This document shows, one piece after another, positions 1-9,369 of a stretch of DNA of 64,000 bases. The position numbers were made by a program, and so were the translations under genes. Location of the stretch: the NCBI GenBank assembly GCA_050250645.1, contig JBFWOG010000005.1, positions 22,942-86,941 of the forward strand, written 5' to 3'. This DNA comes from Vicinamibacterales bacterium (lineage in GTDB: Bacteria > Acidobacteriota > Vicinamibacteria > Vicinamibacterales > UBA2999). Positions within the stretch are counted from its first letter, which is position 1. Each line of letters begins with the position of its first letter. Under the pieces are notes generated by a model that ran no database searches, was not told the DNA's origin, and saw nothing but the letters and a program-made list of their open reading frames with translations.

Positions 1-1761
1 ATAGCCGGCGAGGGTTGCCGGCGCGACGTCGGGGAAGAGCGAGGCGAGCGCGCTGGCGACCTCGGCCGGCGACATCTTCTCGCCGGCGTAGAGGTGCAGG
101 CAGGCATCGAGGACGGGGAACGGCATCAGCTCGTGCTCGGCGACCTGGGCGTCCGCGAGCTCGGGGCCGGGGTCGGTCGCCAGCGTCGCGGCGATGCCGG
201 CGAAGCCGAACCGCTCGTGCAGCCGCTCGAGCAGGGCAATGACGACCGTCTTGGGGACGTTGGCGATGACCGAGAGGGCGCCCTCGAGGTCGCCCCCGAT
301 CGTGGTGTAGCCCACGGCCTTCTCGCTCATGTCCCCGGTCTGGAGGAAGAGGGCGCCCGACGTGTTGGCCCAGTTCCACATCCGCTGGCCGCGCAGCCGG
401 GCCTGGATGTTCTGGCGCGTCATCTCGCCGGGCTCGGCGCCGGCGAGCATCTCGCGGGCGACGGCGAGCTCGCGCTCGTAGGCGTCGTGGATGGGCACCG
501 TCAGGAGCGGCACGCCGAGCTCGGCGGCGAGGGTGTGGGCGGCCGACCGGGTGCCGTCCTGGGAGTGCCGGCTCGGCATGTAGAACGCCTGGATGAGCGC
601 GCCGGCCGCGGTCGCGGGCGCGCCGGGGGCGTCCCCGCGGATCAGCTGCGCGGCGCGCCACGCGACGAGCAGGGTGAGCATCGAGTCGCGGCCGCCCGAG
701 AGCGCGATGCCCAGCGAGCGGAACGCGCGCGACTTCTCGTAGTAGCTGCGGATGCCGAGTGCCAGCGCCTCGAAGAGGTCGTCGAGCGCCCGCTCGCGCG
801 GGTTGCGGTCGGACCGCGCCGGGTCGGGCAGGAAGAAGCTGCCGCCGGGCGGCGGGGGATAGGCCAGGTCGGTCGGGGCGGCCGTGGCGCCGGTGCTCGC
901 GCGCGCCGGCACCGGCGGATGGGCGAGGCGGAAGGCCTCGCAGTCCATCCGCCACGTGGTGTTCTCGGTCCGCAGGCGGCGCGTCCGGTCGAGGTCGACG
1001 ACGGCGGCCCACCAGCCCTCGCGGTAGCGGGGCGCATCGAGCGCGAGCCGGCCGTTCTGGAAGACGAAGCCGCCGCCGTCGTAGACGAGACCGTCCTGGC
1101 CGCCCACCGCATTCGCGTAGACGAGCGTCGCCTGGTTGTCGGCCGCCCGCGTCGCGAGCATCTCGCGCCGTGTCGCGTCGATGCCCATCCGGTACGGCGA
1201 GGCGGACACGTTGACGACGATCTCGGCGCCGCCGTAGCAGCGGCGCCGCATGGGCCCGTCCGGCGACCAGGCGTCCTCGCAGACCTCCACCGCGACCCGG
1301 CCGAAGTCGAAGTCGAAGACGAGGTCGCCGAGCGGCACGCCGTCGGCGTCGAGGGCGAGGCCGGCGCCCCCGCGCGAGAACGTGCGCGCCTCGTAGAAGA
1401 CGCTGTAGGTCGGCAGCTTCTCCTTGGGGACGAAGCCGAGCACCTGGCCGCGGTGCAGCACCGCGGCCGCGTTGTAGATCTGCCCGGCGACGCCCACCGC
1501 CACGCCGAGCACGATCACCACCGGCAGGTCGGCCGTCTGGCCCGCGACCTGGCCCACGGCGCGCCGCTGGCCGTCGAGGAAGCCGCGCCACTGGACGAGG
1601 TCCTCGGGCGGATAGCCGCCGATGACCTGCTCGGGGAACGCCCCGAGCGCCACGCCGGCCGCGGCCATCTCGCGCGCAACCGCGATCACCCGCGCGGCGT
1701 TGGCCTCGACCGCGCCGACCGTGGGGCTGAGGCTTGCCGTGGCCAGCTTGACCAGTCGCAT
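1..1761 (-). CDS. nadE: Glutamine-dependent NAD+ synthase; start codon and N-terminal 587 codons, C-terminus beyond the left edge
   Basis: My own minus-strand translation from ATG 1761 gives MRLVKLATASLSPTVGAVEANAARVIAVAREMAAAGVALGAFPEQVIGGYPPEDL (CN-hydrolase domain). Further on it gives SLGIALSGGRDS (SGGxDS PP-loop). It is absent from the ORF track because it has no stop inside the window. Plus-strand ORF 94..1824 is its shadow. Confidence 0.85.
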   Translation of the reverse strand, partial: MRLVKLATASLSPTVGAVEANAARVIAVAREMAAAGVALGAFPEQVIGGYPPEDLVQWRGFLDGQRRAVGQVAGQTADLPVVIVLGVAVGVAGQIYNAAAVLHRGQVLGFVPKEKLPTYSVFYEARTFSRGGAGLALDADGVPLGDLVFDFDFGRVAVEVCEDAWSPDGPMRRRCYGGAEIVVNVSASPYRMGIDATRREMLATRAADNQATLVYANAVGGQDGLVYDGGGFVFQNGRLALDAPRYREGWWAAVVDLDRTRRLRTENTTWRMDCEAFRLAHPPVPARASTGATAAPTDLAYPPPPGGSFFLPDPARSDRNPRERALDDLFEALALGIRSYYEKSRAFRSLGIALSGGRDSMLTLLVAWRAAQLIRGDAPGAPATAAGALIQAFYMPSRHSQDGTRSAAHTLAAELGVPLLTVPIHDAYERELAVAREMLAGAEPGEMTRQNIQARLRGQRMWNWANTSGALFLQTGDMSEKAVGYTTIGGDLEGALSVIANVPKTVVIALLERLHERFGFAGIAATLATDPGPELADAQVAEHELMPFPVLDACLHLYAGEKMSPAEVASALASLFPDVAPATLAGY

Positions 1762-1771
1762 CGCGTCCAGC

Positions 1772-2203
1772 TTACGACAAGTCGAGGCGCATGGCCGCGG
1801 CGCTGGCGGGGCAGGCGGAGGTGAACTCGACCGAGTCCCGGACCTCGGCCGGCACCGCGTCGCGCGCGACCGCCCGGAACCCGGCGCGGGGGAAGAACCC
1901 CTCGGCGGTCTCGGTCAGGAGGAACACGGCCCGGGCGTCGAGGCGGCGGGCCAGGGCCAGCGCCTCGGCGGTGAGGAGCTGGCCGAGGCCCTGCCCCCGC
2001 GCGCCCGCGTCGACGGCAACCGACCGCAGCAGCGCGTACGGGGGATGCCGCTCGATCGCCGCGCACCCGATCACCCGGTCCCGCGCCCGCGCGACGAGCA
2101 GCGTGTCCGCGCAGGCGTCGAGCCCGTCGAGCGGCAGCCCGCACGCCGCCAGGAGCGTTCGCACGGCCGCCAGGTCGCCGGGCCCCGCCTCGTCAATCGT
2201 CAT
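1772..2203 (-). CDS. GNAT family N-acetyltransferase
   Basis: 143-aa ORF with a GNAT acetyl-CoA motif region, LRSVAVDAGARGQGLGQLL. Unbiased composition compared with the overlapping frames. Confidence 0.8.
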   Translation of the reverse strand: MTIDEAGPGDLAAVRTLLAACGLPLDGLDACADTLLVARARDRVIGCAAIERHPPYALLRSVAVDAGARGQGLGQLLTAEALALARRLDARAVFLLTETAEGFFPRAGFRAVARDAVPAEVRDSVEFTSACPASAAAMRLDLS

Positions 2204-2361
2204 GCCGCCCCTCCACGCGGCGCCCCCGGCGCCGCCCCTTGCCAGTGGACCGTATCGACTGATTCAGTACTATGGATGGCAGTGTCGAACCGCGGATCGA
2301 CGGCCGCGACAACGGAGTGGCCGGTGGTGATTCGGAGCGTACAACCCACGAGACTGCCTCC

Positions 2362-2799
2362 ATGTCCGGACTGACTGCTGACGCCATTATCAAGCGCCTC
2401 GGCCTCCAGCCCCACCCCGAGGGCGGGCACTACGCGGAAACCTGGCGCGACCCCGCGCCCGCGGGCGGGCGCGCGCACTCGACCGGCATCTACTACCTGC
2501 TGCAGGGCGGCAACGGCTCGCGCTGGCACCGCGTGGACGCGGCCGAGATGTGGCACTACTACGCCGGCGCCCCGCTCGCCCTGCGCCTGTCGGCCGACGG
2601 CGCCGGCTGCGACACCCGGACGCTCGGCCTCGACTTCGAGGCTGGCGCGCGGCCCCAGATCGTCGTCCCCGCCGGGTGGTGGCAGTCGGCGCTCAGCCTC
2701 GGCGCGTGGACCCTCGTCGGCTGCACCGTCGCCCCGGGGTTCACGTTCGAGGGGTTCGAGATGGCCGAGGTGGGGTGGGAGCCACACGGAATCTTGTGA
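2362..2799 (+). CDS. Cupin-fold protein, DUF985-like
   Basis: ORF 2272..2799 trimmed to ATG 2362 (MSGLTADAIIKRLGLQPHPEGGHYAETW...YYLL...SRWHRV...EMWHYYAG). The stop TGA lies inside the first unit of the octamer array. Confidence 0.7.
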   Translation: MSGLTADAIIKRLGLQPHPEGGHYAETWRDPAPAGGRAHSTGIYYLLQGGNGSRWHRVDAAEMWHYYAGAPLALRLSADGAGCDTRTLGLDFEAGARPQIVVPAGWWQSALSLGAWTLVGCTVAPGFTFEGFEMAEVGWEPHGIL

Positions 2800-2870
2800 T
2801 CTGGTGATCTGGTGATCTGGTGATCTGGTGATCTGGTGATCTTGTGATCTTGTGATCTGGTGATTTGGCG
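2791..2870 (+). repeat. Tandem octamer array, (GTGATCTG/T) x8 plus one GTGATTTG variant
   Basis: Read directly: atctt gtgatctg x5, gtgatctt x2, gtgatctg, gtgatttg. Every full unit contains GATC and TGA. Confidence 0.95.
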
Positions 2871-2914
2871 GCCCGGGAGGGACCCGGAGGGAGCGGGGCG
2901 GCGTCCTAGGCAGG

Positions 2915-3313
2915 ATGATGGACTTCGCGCGGCAGCTTGCCATTGGCGTTCCCGTGTTCGTCGTCGTGGACTTCCTGTGGATCGGGCTCGTGGCCAACGG
3001 GTTCTACAAGCGGGAGCTTGGGGACCTGGCGCGGCGGTCGGGGGAGAACTTCGACCCGCGCCTGGCGCCCGCGGCGCTGCTCTACGTGCTCGTGGTGATC
3101 GGGCTGGCGGTGTTCGTGCTGCCCCGGGCGCGGTCGCTCGGCGAGGCGGCCCTCTACGGGGCGCTCTTCGGGCTCATCTCGTACGGCGTCTACGACCTGA
3201 CGAACTACGCGACCCTGAACGGCTTCACCCTGCGGATGACCATGGTGGACATGGCGTGGGGGACGACGCTCTGCGCGGTGACCGCCGCCGCCATGACATT
3301 CGGCCAGCGCTAG
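2915..3313 (+). CDS. Small integral membrane protein, DUF2177-like
   Basis: 132 aa with about four hydrophobic helices. Recognisable segment LISYGVYDLTNYATL. Confidence 0.65.
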   Translation: MMDFARQLAIGVPVFVVVDFLWIGLVANGFYKRELGDLARRSGENFDPRLAPAALLYVLVVIGLAVFVLPRARSLGEAALYGALFGLISYGVYDLTNYATLNGFTLRMTMVDMAWGTTLCAVTAAAMTFGQR

Positions 3314-3364
3314 CCCGGCGACACCGCCGCGCGCGGCCGGCATCCAAGCCACGGAGGTCCCCGC

Positions 3365-4021
3365 ATGTCCGCTCCCTACTCGCGCCCGCTGCCCGAACCC
3401 GGCCAGGCCCTGCCCGGCCGTGACACCCCGATGCCCATTCCCGCGCGGCACGCCGTCACCGGGGGACCGCTCGTGCCAGACGAGACGGGCCTGGCGCACC
3501 TGGTCGTCGGCATGGGGTGCTTCTGGGGGGCGGAGCGGCTGTACTGGGAGACACCCGGCGTCGTCTCCACCGCGGTCGGCTACGCCGGCGGGACGACCCC
3601 GAACCCGACCTACGAGGAGACGTGCAGCGGCCTGACCGGACACACCGAGGTCGTGCGCGTCACCTACGACCCCTCCGTCGTCTCGCTCGAGTCGCTGCTG
3701 CGCATCTTCTGGGAAGGCCACGACCCGACGCAGGGCATGCGCCAGGGCAACGACATCGGCACGCAGTACCGCTCGGCGATCTTCGTGCCCGGCGCGGCGG
3801 AACTGGCCGTCGCCGAGGCCTCGCGGGCGCGGTACCAGGCGGAACTCACCGCCCACGGCTACGGCGCGATCACGACGGACATCGCCCTCGAGCCGCCCTT
3901 CTACTTCGCGGAGGGCTACCACCAGCAGTACCTCCACAAGAACCCCAACGGCTACTGCGGGCACGGCGGCACCGGGGTGAGCTGCCCGGTGGGGCTTACG
4001 GAAGTAAGAAGTAAGATCTAA
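3365..4021 (+). CDS. msrA: Peptide-methionine (S)-S-oxide reductase
   Basis: GMGCFWGAE active-site motif, then [32 protein letters not shown]. The last codons (EVRSKI) are encoded by the AT-rich repeat. Confidence 0.9.
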   Translation: MSAPYSRPLPEPGQALPGRDTPMPIPARHAVTGGPLVPDETGLAHLVVGMGCFWGAERLYWETPGVVSTAVGYAGGTTPNPTYEETCSGLTGHTEVVRVTYDPSVVSLESLLRIFWEGHDPTQGMRQGNDIGTQYRSAIFVPGAAELAVAEASRARYQAELTAHGYGAITTDIALEPPFYFAEGYHQQYLHKNPNGYCGHGGTGVSCPVGLTEVRSKI

Positions 4022-4040
4022 GAAATAAGAAATACGAAGT
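4001..4040 (+). repeat. AT-rich imperfect octamer repeat (about AAGTAAGA x5)
   Basis: gaagtaag aagtaaga tctaagaa ataagaaa tacgaagt. A strikingly AT-rich patch in a high-GC context, between convergent msrA and the LOG-family gene. Confidence 0.8.
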
Positions 4041-4050
4041 TGGGGCGCGG

Positions 4051-4800
4051 CTAGTCGCCATTGCCGAGGGCCTGCTCGCCGAGCAGGCGCGACGGGCGGG
4101 GCTTGGGGCGGCGCTTCAGGCCGAAGCGCTTCACGGCGTGCTCCTCGATGTGGGCGATCGCCTCCGGGATCGAGTCGGTGACCAGCATCAGGTCGAGGTC
4201 GCGCGCGGAGATCGTGCCGGCCGTCAACATCTCGCCGAGCAGGTCCGTGAACGGCTTCCAGTAGTCGCGCCCCATCAGCACGACCGGGAACTGCTTGATC
4301 TTGCCGGTCTGGATGAGCGTGAGCGCCTCGCAGAGCTCGTCGAGCGTCCCCAGCCCGCCCGGCAGGACCACGAACGCGTACGAGTACTTGAACAGCAGCA
4401 CCTTGCGCACGAAGAAGTAGTGGCAGGTGACCCACCGGTGGAGGTACCGGTTGGGGAACTGCTCGTGGGGCAGCGTGATGTTGCACCCGACCGACCGCCC
4501 GCCGCTCTCGTACGCGCCGCGGTTCGCGGCCTCCATCACCCCGGGGCCGCCTCCCGTCATCACCGTGAACCCCGTGCGGGCCACGGCCGCGCCCACCTCG
4601 CGTCCGAGCTGGTAGTACGGGTGGTCGTCGGCGAAGCGCGCCGACCCGAAGACCGTGACGCACGGGCCGACGAAATGGAGGCCGCGGAAGCCGCGCAGGA
4701 AGTCGCGCCCCGCCCGGAGCAGGAGCGTCAGCTCCTGGAGTCGCGAGTGCGGGCCTTCGAGCAGGACGAGGTCGGAACTGTCGGGGGACTCCACCGCCAT
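4051..4800 (-). CDS. LOG family / TIGR00730 Rossmann-fold nucleotide-binding protein
   Basis: ORF 4051..6738 trimmed to ATG 4800 (MAVESPDSSDLVLL...). Motifs GGGPGVMEAANRGA and VLPGGLGTLDELCE. Confidence 0.85.
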   Translation of the reverse strand: MAVESPDSSDLVLLEGPHSRLQELTLLLRAGRDFLRGFRGLHFVGPCVTVFGSARFADDHPYYQLGREVGAAVARTGFTVMTGGGPGVMEAANRGAYESGGRSVGCNITLPHEQFPNRYLHRWVTCHYFFVRKVLLFKYSYAFVVLPGGLGTLDELCEALTLIQTGKIKQFPVVLMGRDYWKPFTDLLGEMLTAGTISARDLDLMLVTDSIPEAIAHIEEHAVKRFGLKRRPKPRPSRLLGEQALGNGD

Positions 4801-4848
4801 GAGGCATTCTACCGCCCGTCCCCGGCCGATCCGCGGGCGGTCTTGCTG

Positions 4849-7083
4849 ATGGCGGCATCTCGGACGACAATCATCCGGATGTTTGCGACCGTTGTCACCG
4901 CCGTTCTGCTCGCTCTCCAGGTTGCCACGCCCCCCGGCACGGCGCCCGCGCACGGGAGGGTCATCGATGTCTCCGGGGCCGCCGTGCCCGCGGCCACCGT
5001 CGTGCTCGTCGACCGGGAGGGCGGCGAACACAGGCCCGCGGTCGCGGGCGACGGCACGTTCGCCATCGCGCCGGGGACGGTCCGCGTCCGCGCCGAGGCG
5101 CCGGGATTCGCCGCCACCGACCGCCAGGTGACCGCGGCGGGCGCCGGCGCGCTCGTGCTGGTGCTGCGCCCCGCGCCGTTCGCCGACGCGCTCGTCGTCA
5201 CGCCGAGCCGCGGCGCCGAGCGGCTGCCCGGCGCCGCGAGCGCCACGATCGTCACGGCCGCGGAGCTCGCCACCACGCCGGCCGGCGCGCTGGACGACGT
5301 CCTCCGCGCGACGCCGGGGTTCAGCCTGTTCCGGCGCGCCTCGTCGCGCGTCGCGAACCCGACGACGCAGGGCGTGACGCTGCGCGGCGTGTCCGGGTCG
5401 GGCGCGAGCCGGACGCTCGTGCTGGCCGACGGCGTGCCGCTCAACGACCCGTTCGGCAGCTGGGTCTACTGGAACCGCGTCCCCTCGGCGGCCATCGACC
5501 GCGTGGAGGTCGTGCGCGGCGCGGCGGGCGACCTCTACGGCGCCGACGCGCTCGGGGGCGTCATCCAGGTGCTGACGCTGTCGCCGTCGCGGCCGCTGCT
5601 GCGGGCGACGGTCGAGGGCGGCTCGCACGGCACGGCGCGCCTGTCGGCCTTCGGCGGCGGCCCCGTCGGCCGCTGGCAGATCGCGGGCTCCGGCGAGTGG
5701 CTCGGCACCGACGGCGTGCCGACCATCGCCCCCGAGGTGGCCGGCCCCATCGACGTCCCGGCCGGCAGCGACTACCGCACGGGATTCGTGTCCGCCGGCG
5801 GGGCCGGCGAGACCTGGCGCGCGGCGGTGCGGCTGAGCGCCTACGACGAAGACCGCCAGAACGGCACGCCCGCCCAGGTGAACTCCACCGCGTGGCGGCA
5901 GGGGAGCGGCGAGTTCGGCGGCCTGGTGGGTGGCGGGGCCTGGGAAGCGCGCCTGAGCGGCGGCAGCCAGGACTACTTCCAGACCTTCAGCGCCGTGGCG
6001 GCCGACCGGGCCTCGGAGCGCCTGACCACGGAGCAGTGGACGCCGAGCGACTTCGTCGCCGGGAGCGGCCAGTGGTCCCGTCCCCTTGGCCGCCACTCCC
6101 TGCTCGTCGGCGCCGAAGCCAGGCGGACCGAGGCGACCGTGACCGAGTACCGCTCGCTGCCGAGCGGCGTCCGCCTCGGGCCGAACGCGTTCGGTGGCAC
6201 CGAGCGCGCCGCCGGCGCGTTCGCCCGCGTGGGGCTCGCGCCGTCGGATCGCCTGACGGTCAACCTTGGCGGCCGCGTCGACACCTGGCACTCGGAGCCG
6301 CTCGACGCCGCGCTGCCGTCGCAGGACCTCTCGTACTTCAGCCCGCGCGCGAGCGCGGCGTACCGGGCGGGTGCCGTCGCCATCCAGGGCGCGGTGTACC
6401 GGTCGTACCGGACGCCGACGCTCAACGAACTCCATCGCGGGTTCCGCGTCGGCAACATCGTCACCAACCCGAACCCCCTGCTCGAGTCCGAGACGCTGAC
6501 CGGCGTCGAGGGCGGCGCGCTCTGGACCGGGCGCCGGGGCTCGGCGCGGGTCACCGGGTTCTGGAACACGCTTGACGGCGCGATCGCCAACATCACGCTG
6601 TCCGTGACGCCCGCGCTCATCACGCGGCAGCGCCAGAACTCCGACGAAATCCGCGCGGCGGGCGTCGAGATCGAGAGCGAGTTCCGTGTGACGGACACGC
6701 TGCGGCTGACAGGCCTCGCCGTCTTCACCTCCAGTCACTTCCGCGGGTCGGTCGCCTCGCCCGAGATCGAGGGCAACCGCGTGCCCCAGGTGCCCCGCGT
6801 GCAGCTTGGCGGGGGGCTCACATGGAGCGACCCCCGGCTGCTCACGGTCGCGGTGCAGGCGCGCGGCACCGGGCAGCAGTTCGACGACGACCAGAACCGT
6901 TTCGCCCTGGGCGCCTACGGCGTCGTCGACCTCATGGTGAGCCGGGCGATCGGGGACTCGGTCCAGGCCTTCGTCTCGGTCGAGAACCTGTTCGACCGCG
7001 ACTACGACACGGCGCGGACGCCGCTCCGGTCCATTGGGTGGCCGAGGTCGGTGCGGGTGGGCGCGCGGGTCGCGCTGCCCTAG
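4849..7083 (+). CDS. TonB-dependent receptor with a carboxypeptidase-regulatory-like N-domain
   Basis: ORF 4138..7083 trimmed to ATG 4849 (alternative 4879). Signal-like N-terminus, GRVIDVSGAAVPAATVVLV domain, and plug segment TLRGVSGSGASRTLVLADGVPLNDPFG. Long beta-barrel-type C-terminal region. Confidence 0.85.
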   Translation: MAASRTTIIRMFATVVTAVLLALQVATPPGTAPAHGRVIDVSGAAVPAATVVLVDREGGEHRPAVAGDGTFAIAPGTVRVRAEAPGFAATDRQVTAAGAGALVLVLRPAPFADALVVTPSRGAERLPGAASATIVTAAELATTPAGALDDVLRATPGFSLFRRASSRVANPTTQGVTLRGVSGSGASRTLVLADGVPLNDPFGSWVYWNRVPSAAIDRVEVVRGAAGDLYGADALGGVIQVLTLSPSRPLLRATVEGGSHGTARLSAFGGGPVGRWQIAGSGEWLGTDGVPTIAPEVAGPIDVPAGSDYRTGFVSAGGAGETWRAAVRLSAYDEDRQNGTPAQVNSTAWRQGSGEFGGLVGGGAWEARLSGGSQDYFQTFSAVAADRASERLTTEQWTPSDFVAGSGQWSRPLGRHSLLVGAEARRTEATVTEYRSLPSGVRLGPNAFGGTERAAGAFARVGLAPSDRLTVNLGGRVDTWHSEPLDAALPSQDLSYFSPRASAAYRAGAVAIQGAVYRSYRTPTLNELHRGFRVGNIVTNPNPLLESETLTGVEGGALWTGRRGSARVTGFWNTLDGAIANITLSVTPALITRQRQNSDEIRAAGVEIESEFRVTDTLRLTGLAVFTSSHFRGSVASPEIEGNRVPQVPRVQLGGGLTWSDPRLLTVAVQARGTGQQFDDDQNRFALGAYGVVDLMVSRAIGDSVQAFVSVENLFDRDYDTARTPLRSIGWPRSVRVGARVALP

Positions 7084-7116
7084 GGCCCCGCGGCGCCGGG
7101 TGCGGCGCGGGCCGCG

Positions 7117-7923
7117 TCACGGCCCGAAGATCCGGCGGGCTGCCGCCAGCGCCCGTCCGAAGTACTCCGGCAGCGGCGCGCTCGTGCACCCGAGCTCGAG
7201 AATGATGGCGCCCGCGTAGCGGACCTCGCGCAGGGTGTGCGTGATCTCGCCCCAGTCGATCGTGCCGTCGCCCGGCGGCAGGTGGTCGTCGAACCGCCCG
7301 TGGTTGTCGGTCGCGTGCACGTGCGCGAGGCGCGGGCCGGCGACGCGCAGGCAGTCGTGCCAGACGTGGCCGAGCGTCGTGTGCCCGGTGTCCAGGCAGA
7401 CGGCGACCGACGGTGGCAGCGTGTCCAGCACGTAGGCGAACTCGTCGGGGTGACCGCCGATGAGGTGGGGCAGGGGCGTCTCGACGGTCAGCGTGAGCTC
7501 GTGGACGGCGAGGGCGCCGGCCAGCTCCTCGAGCGCGCTCCGGCAGTTGGCGAGGCGCCGCGGGACGTCCTGGCCCTCGCGGGGCACGTCGCTCGGGTGC
7601 ACGACGACGTAGCGGCCGCCGACCGTCTCGAGGGCCGTGGCGGCGGTCAGGATGGCGGCGATCGCGCCGCGGCGGTGGTGCGGGTTGTCCGCCGACAGGT
7701 CGAGCAGCCCCCCGAACGGCGCGTGAATCGATGCGGCTGCCATCCCGGCGTCGCGCAGCCGGTCGCGCACGGCGAGCGTCTGCGCGGGGTCCCACGGCGC
7801 GAAGTGCCGGGGCGGCGTCCCGATCTCGACGAGCGGGACGCCGGCCGCGGCGAGGGCGTCGAGCACCTCGAGGATCGGGCGTTCGACGCAGCCGCCCGTG
7901 GCGATCCCGATCGGCCAGCTCAT
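7117..7923 (-). CDS. Xylose-isomerase-like / AP-endonuclease-2 (endonuclease IV fold) TIM-barrel protein
   Basis: ORF 7117..8871 trimmed to ATG 7923 (MSWPIGIATGG...). Superfamily metal-ligand pattern SIHAPF, VVVHPS, TVETPL, CLDTGH, HVHATDNHGRFDDHLPPGDGTIDW, ILELG. The start overlaps the stop of the upstream gene by 4 nt. Confidence 0.75.
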   Translation of the reverse strand: MSWPIGIATGGCVERPILEVLDALAAAGVPLVEIGTPPRHFAPWDPAQTLAVRDRLRDAGMAAASIHAPFGGLLDLSADNPHHRRGAIAAILTAATALETVGGRYVVVHPSDVPREGQDVPRRLANCRSALEELAGALAVHELTLTVETPLPHLIGGHPDEFAYVLDTLPPSVAVCLDTGHTTLGHVWHDCLRVAGPRLAHVHATDNHGRFDDHLPPGDGTIDWGEITHTLREVRYAGAIILELGCTSAPLPEYFGRALAAARRIFGP

Positions 7924-9365
7924 GACGGGTACTGCTCCCGCAGGCGGTCGCGGACCTCGCGGAGGTCGCGCCCGCAGCCTGCGCGCGGACAGAGGCCCTT
8001 CTCCTGGGCCGACACGCAGTTGAGGTCGACCCACCTGTCGAGGCCGGTGGCCACCAGCCCCGCGAACACGCGCACGTCGAAGTCCGCCCGGGTGGCGGCG
8101 TCCATGCGCCGCTCCCAGCGGTCCCCCCAGCCATGGTCGCGGGCATACCGCGACCACACCAGCCCGGCGATGTGGCGCGGGTGCCAGCCCGCCGCCAGCA
8201 GGCCGCGCGTGAGGTGCTGCAGGTGCGCCGGCTGCAGCAGCAGGTCGTTCGGCTGCCTGAGCGCGGCCGACAGGCACGGGGGCCAGTCGGCGACGCCGAC
8301 CAGGTCGTAGGTGTCGGGCCAGCGCTCCGGCGGCTCCGGCGCGACCGCGTAGAAGTCCGCGTGCGCGCGGGCGAGCGCCGACCCTGCGTAGTCGTCCAGC
8401 AGCCGCCCGAGCCCGTCGGCGCAATCGGGGATGTGCGCCTCCTCGCGCGCCGCCGCCGCGGCGCCGGCCGCCGTGCCCCGGCCGCCGGCCACGAGGGCCT
8501 GCCAGTCGTCCCCGTCCCGGCGCGGCAGCGCGACGAGCGGCGGCAGCGTCGCCACGCGCGCGCCGACGATGTCCGGCCTGAGGCGGTGGAACTGGTAGCC
8601 GCCGAACGCGAGGCGGATGTGCCGCGCGTCGAGCGGGTCGCCGGCGAACGACAGGTCGATCGAGACCGCCGCATGGCCGGCCGGGCCGACCTCGCCGACG
8701 ACCGTGCCGTTCACGACGACCGGCACCGTCGACGCGCCGGCAGCGCCCGCGAGCACCAGGTGCGCCGCGTGCTCGAGCACGAGGCCGAGGCCGGTGGCCG
8801 CCCGCGCGACCCGGGCGTCGATGGCGGGCCGCGGAAACGCCACCGCGCGCCGGGACTGGGTCGCGAACCACGCCGGCACGCCGGGGGCCAGCGCGGCGAG
8901 GCGGTCCACGACCGGGGCGCCGAGCGGCACCGCGGCGGTGAAGTGATACCCGCGGCCCGTCATCAGGACGATGGGCTCGAGGCCGAAGCGCTGGAGCACC
9001 GCGCGGGTGGCGCGGTAGGCCGGCTCGAGCTTGAAGAACACGTCACCGGGATGCACGAACGGCTCGCCGGGGTCCGTCGTGTTCTGGTAGTCGAGGTCGA
9101 GGTGCACGAGCAGGCTCGCCGTGTCGTCGAGCGACCGCGCGACGTCGCCGCCGCGGGCGAGGGCGTCGGGCAGGGCGCCCGGCGGGAGGCGGGCGCACCC
9201 GTCCCAGGTCGGGAACCGGCTCGCGCCCGGCTCGAGGACGGCGATCGTCGTGGCCGTGGGCGCCCCATCGGCGCCGGTGTCGAGGTACTCCGCCATGCGC
9301 GCGCGCACGGCGGGCAGGCCGTAGTAGTCGACGAGCGGCATCGGGCCCGCGGACAGGGCAGGCAT
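7920..9365 (-). CDS. Hypothetical protein with AEP (PriS-like) primase-polymerase motifs and a C-terminal PriL-CTD-like Cys module
   Basis: 481 aa. Motif I is LLVHLDLDYQN (D90, D92). Motif II is MTGRGYHFT (G137-H141). Motif III is AAVSIDLSF (D237), followed by HIRLAFGGYQFH. The C-terminal part has DWPPCLSAAL (C364) and NCVSAQEKGLCPRAGC (C450, C459, C464). Motif reading only. Confidence 0.5.
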   Translation of the reverse strand: MPALSAGPMPLVDYYGLPAVRARMAEYLDTGADGAPTATTIAVLEPGASRFPTWDGCARLPPGALPDALARGGDVARSLDDTASLLVHLDLDYQNTTDPGEPFVHPGDVFFKLEPAYRATRAVLQRFGLEPIVLMTGRGYHFTAAVPLGAPVVDRLAALAPGVPAWFATQSRRAVAFPRPAIDARVARAATGLGLVLEHAAHLVLAGAAGASTVPVVVNGTVVGEVGPAGHAAVSIDLSFAGDPLDARHIRLAFGGYQFHRLRPDIVGARVATLPPLVALPRRDGDDWQALVAGGRGTAAGAAAAAREEAHIPDCADGLGRLLDDYAGSALARAHADFYAVAPEPPERWPDTYDLVGVADWPPCLSAALRQPNDLLLQPAHLQHLTRGLLAAGWHPRHIAGLVWSRYARDHGWGDRWERRMDAATRADFDVRVFAGLVATGLDRWVDLNCVSAQEKGLCPRAGCGRDLREVRDRLREQYPS

Positions 9366-9369
9366 GGCG

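Noticed and set aside
94-1824. 576-aa plus-strand ORF, the longest ORF at the left edge
   Set aside because: It has an Arg/Gly/Ala/Asp-rich composition typical of a GC shadow frame. The opposite strand translates into an unmistakable NadE (CN-hydrolase start, SGGRDS PP-loop) that runs off the window.
2200-2997. 265-aa minus-strand ORF containing ITRSQDHQITRSPDHQITRSQD
   Set aside because: The periodic peptide is just the stop-free antisense reading of the octamer array. The rest overlaps the well-supported cupin CDS in a shadow frame. The same applies to ORFs 57819..58166 and 57875..58138 at the 58-kb array.
2906-4870. 654-aa minus-strand ORF spanning the DUF2177, msrA and LOG loci (and the N-terminal extensions of ORFs 4051..6738 and 4138..7083)
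   Set aside because: It has biased Arg/Pro/Gly composition and overlaps three genes with clear family motifs on defined strands. Only the motif-bearing C-terminal parts of the long ORFs were kept.
7920-9365. The AEP-motif protein as a LigD polymerase domain or LigD fragment
   Set aside because: There is no ATP-dependent ligase (KxDG) or phosphoesterase domain in this or the adjacent ORFs. The motif II form (GRGYH) and the PPC/Cys-rich C-terminus look PriS/PriL-like rather than LigD-Pol-like.
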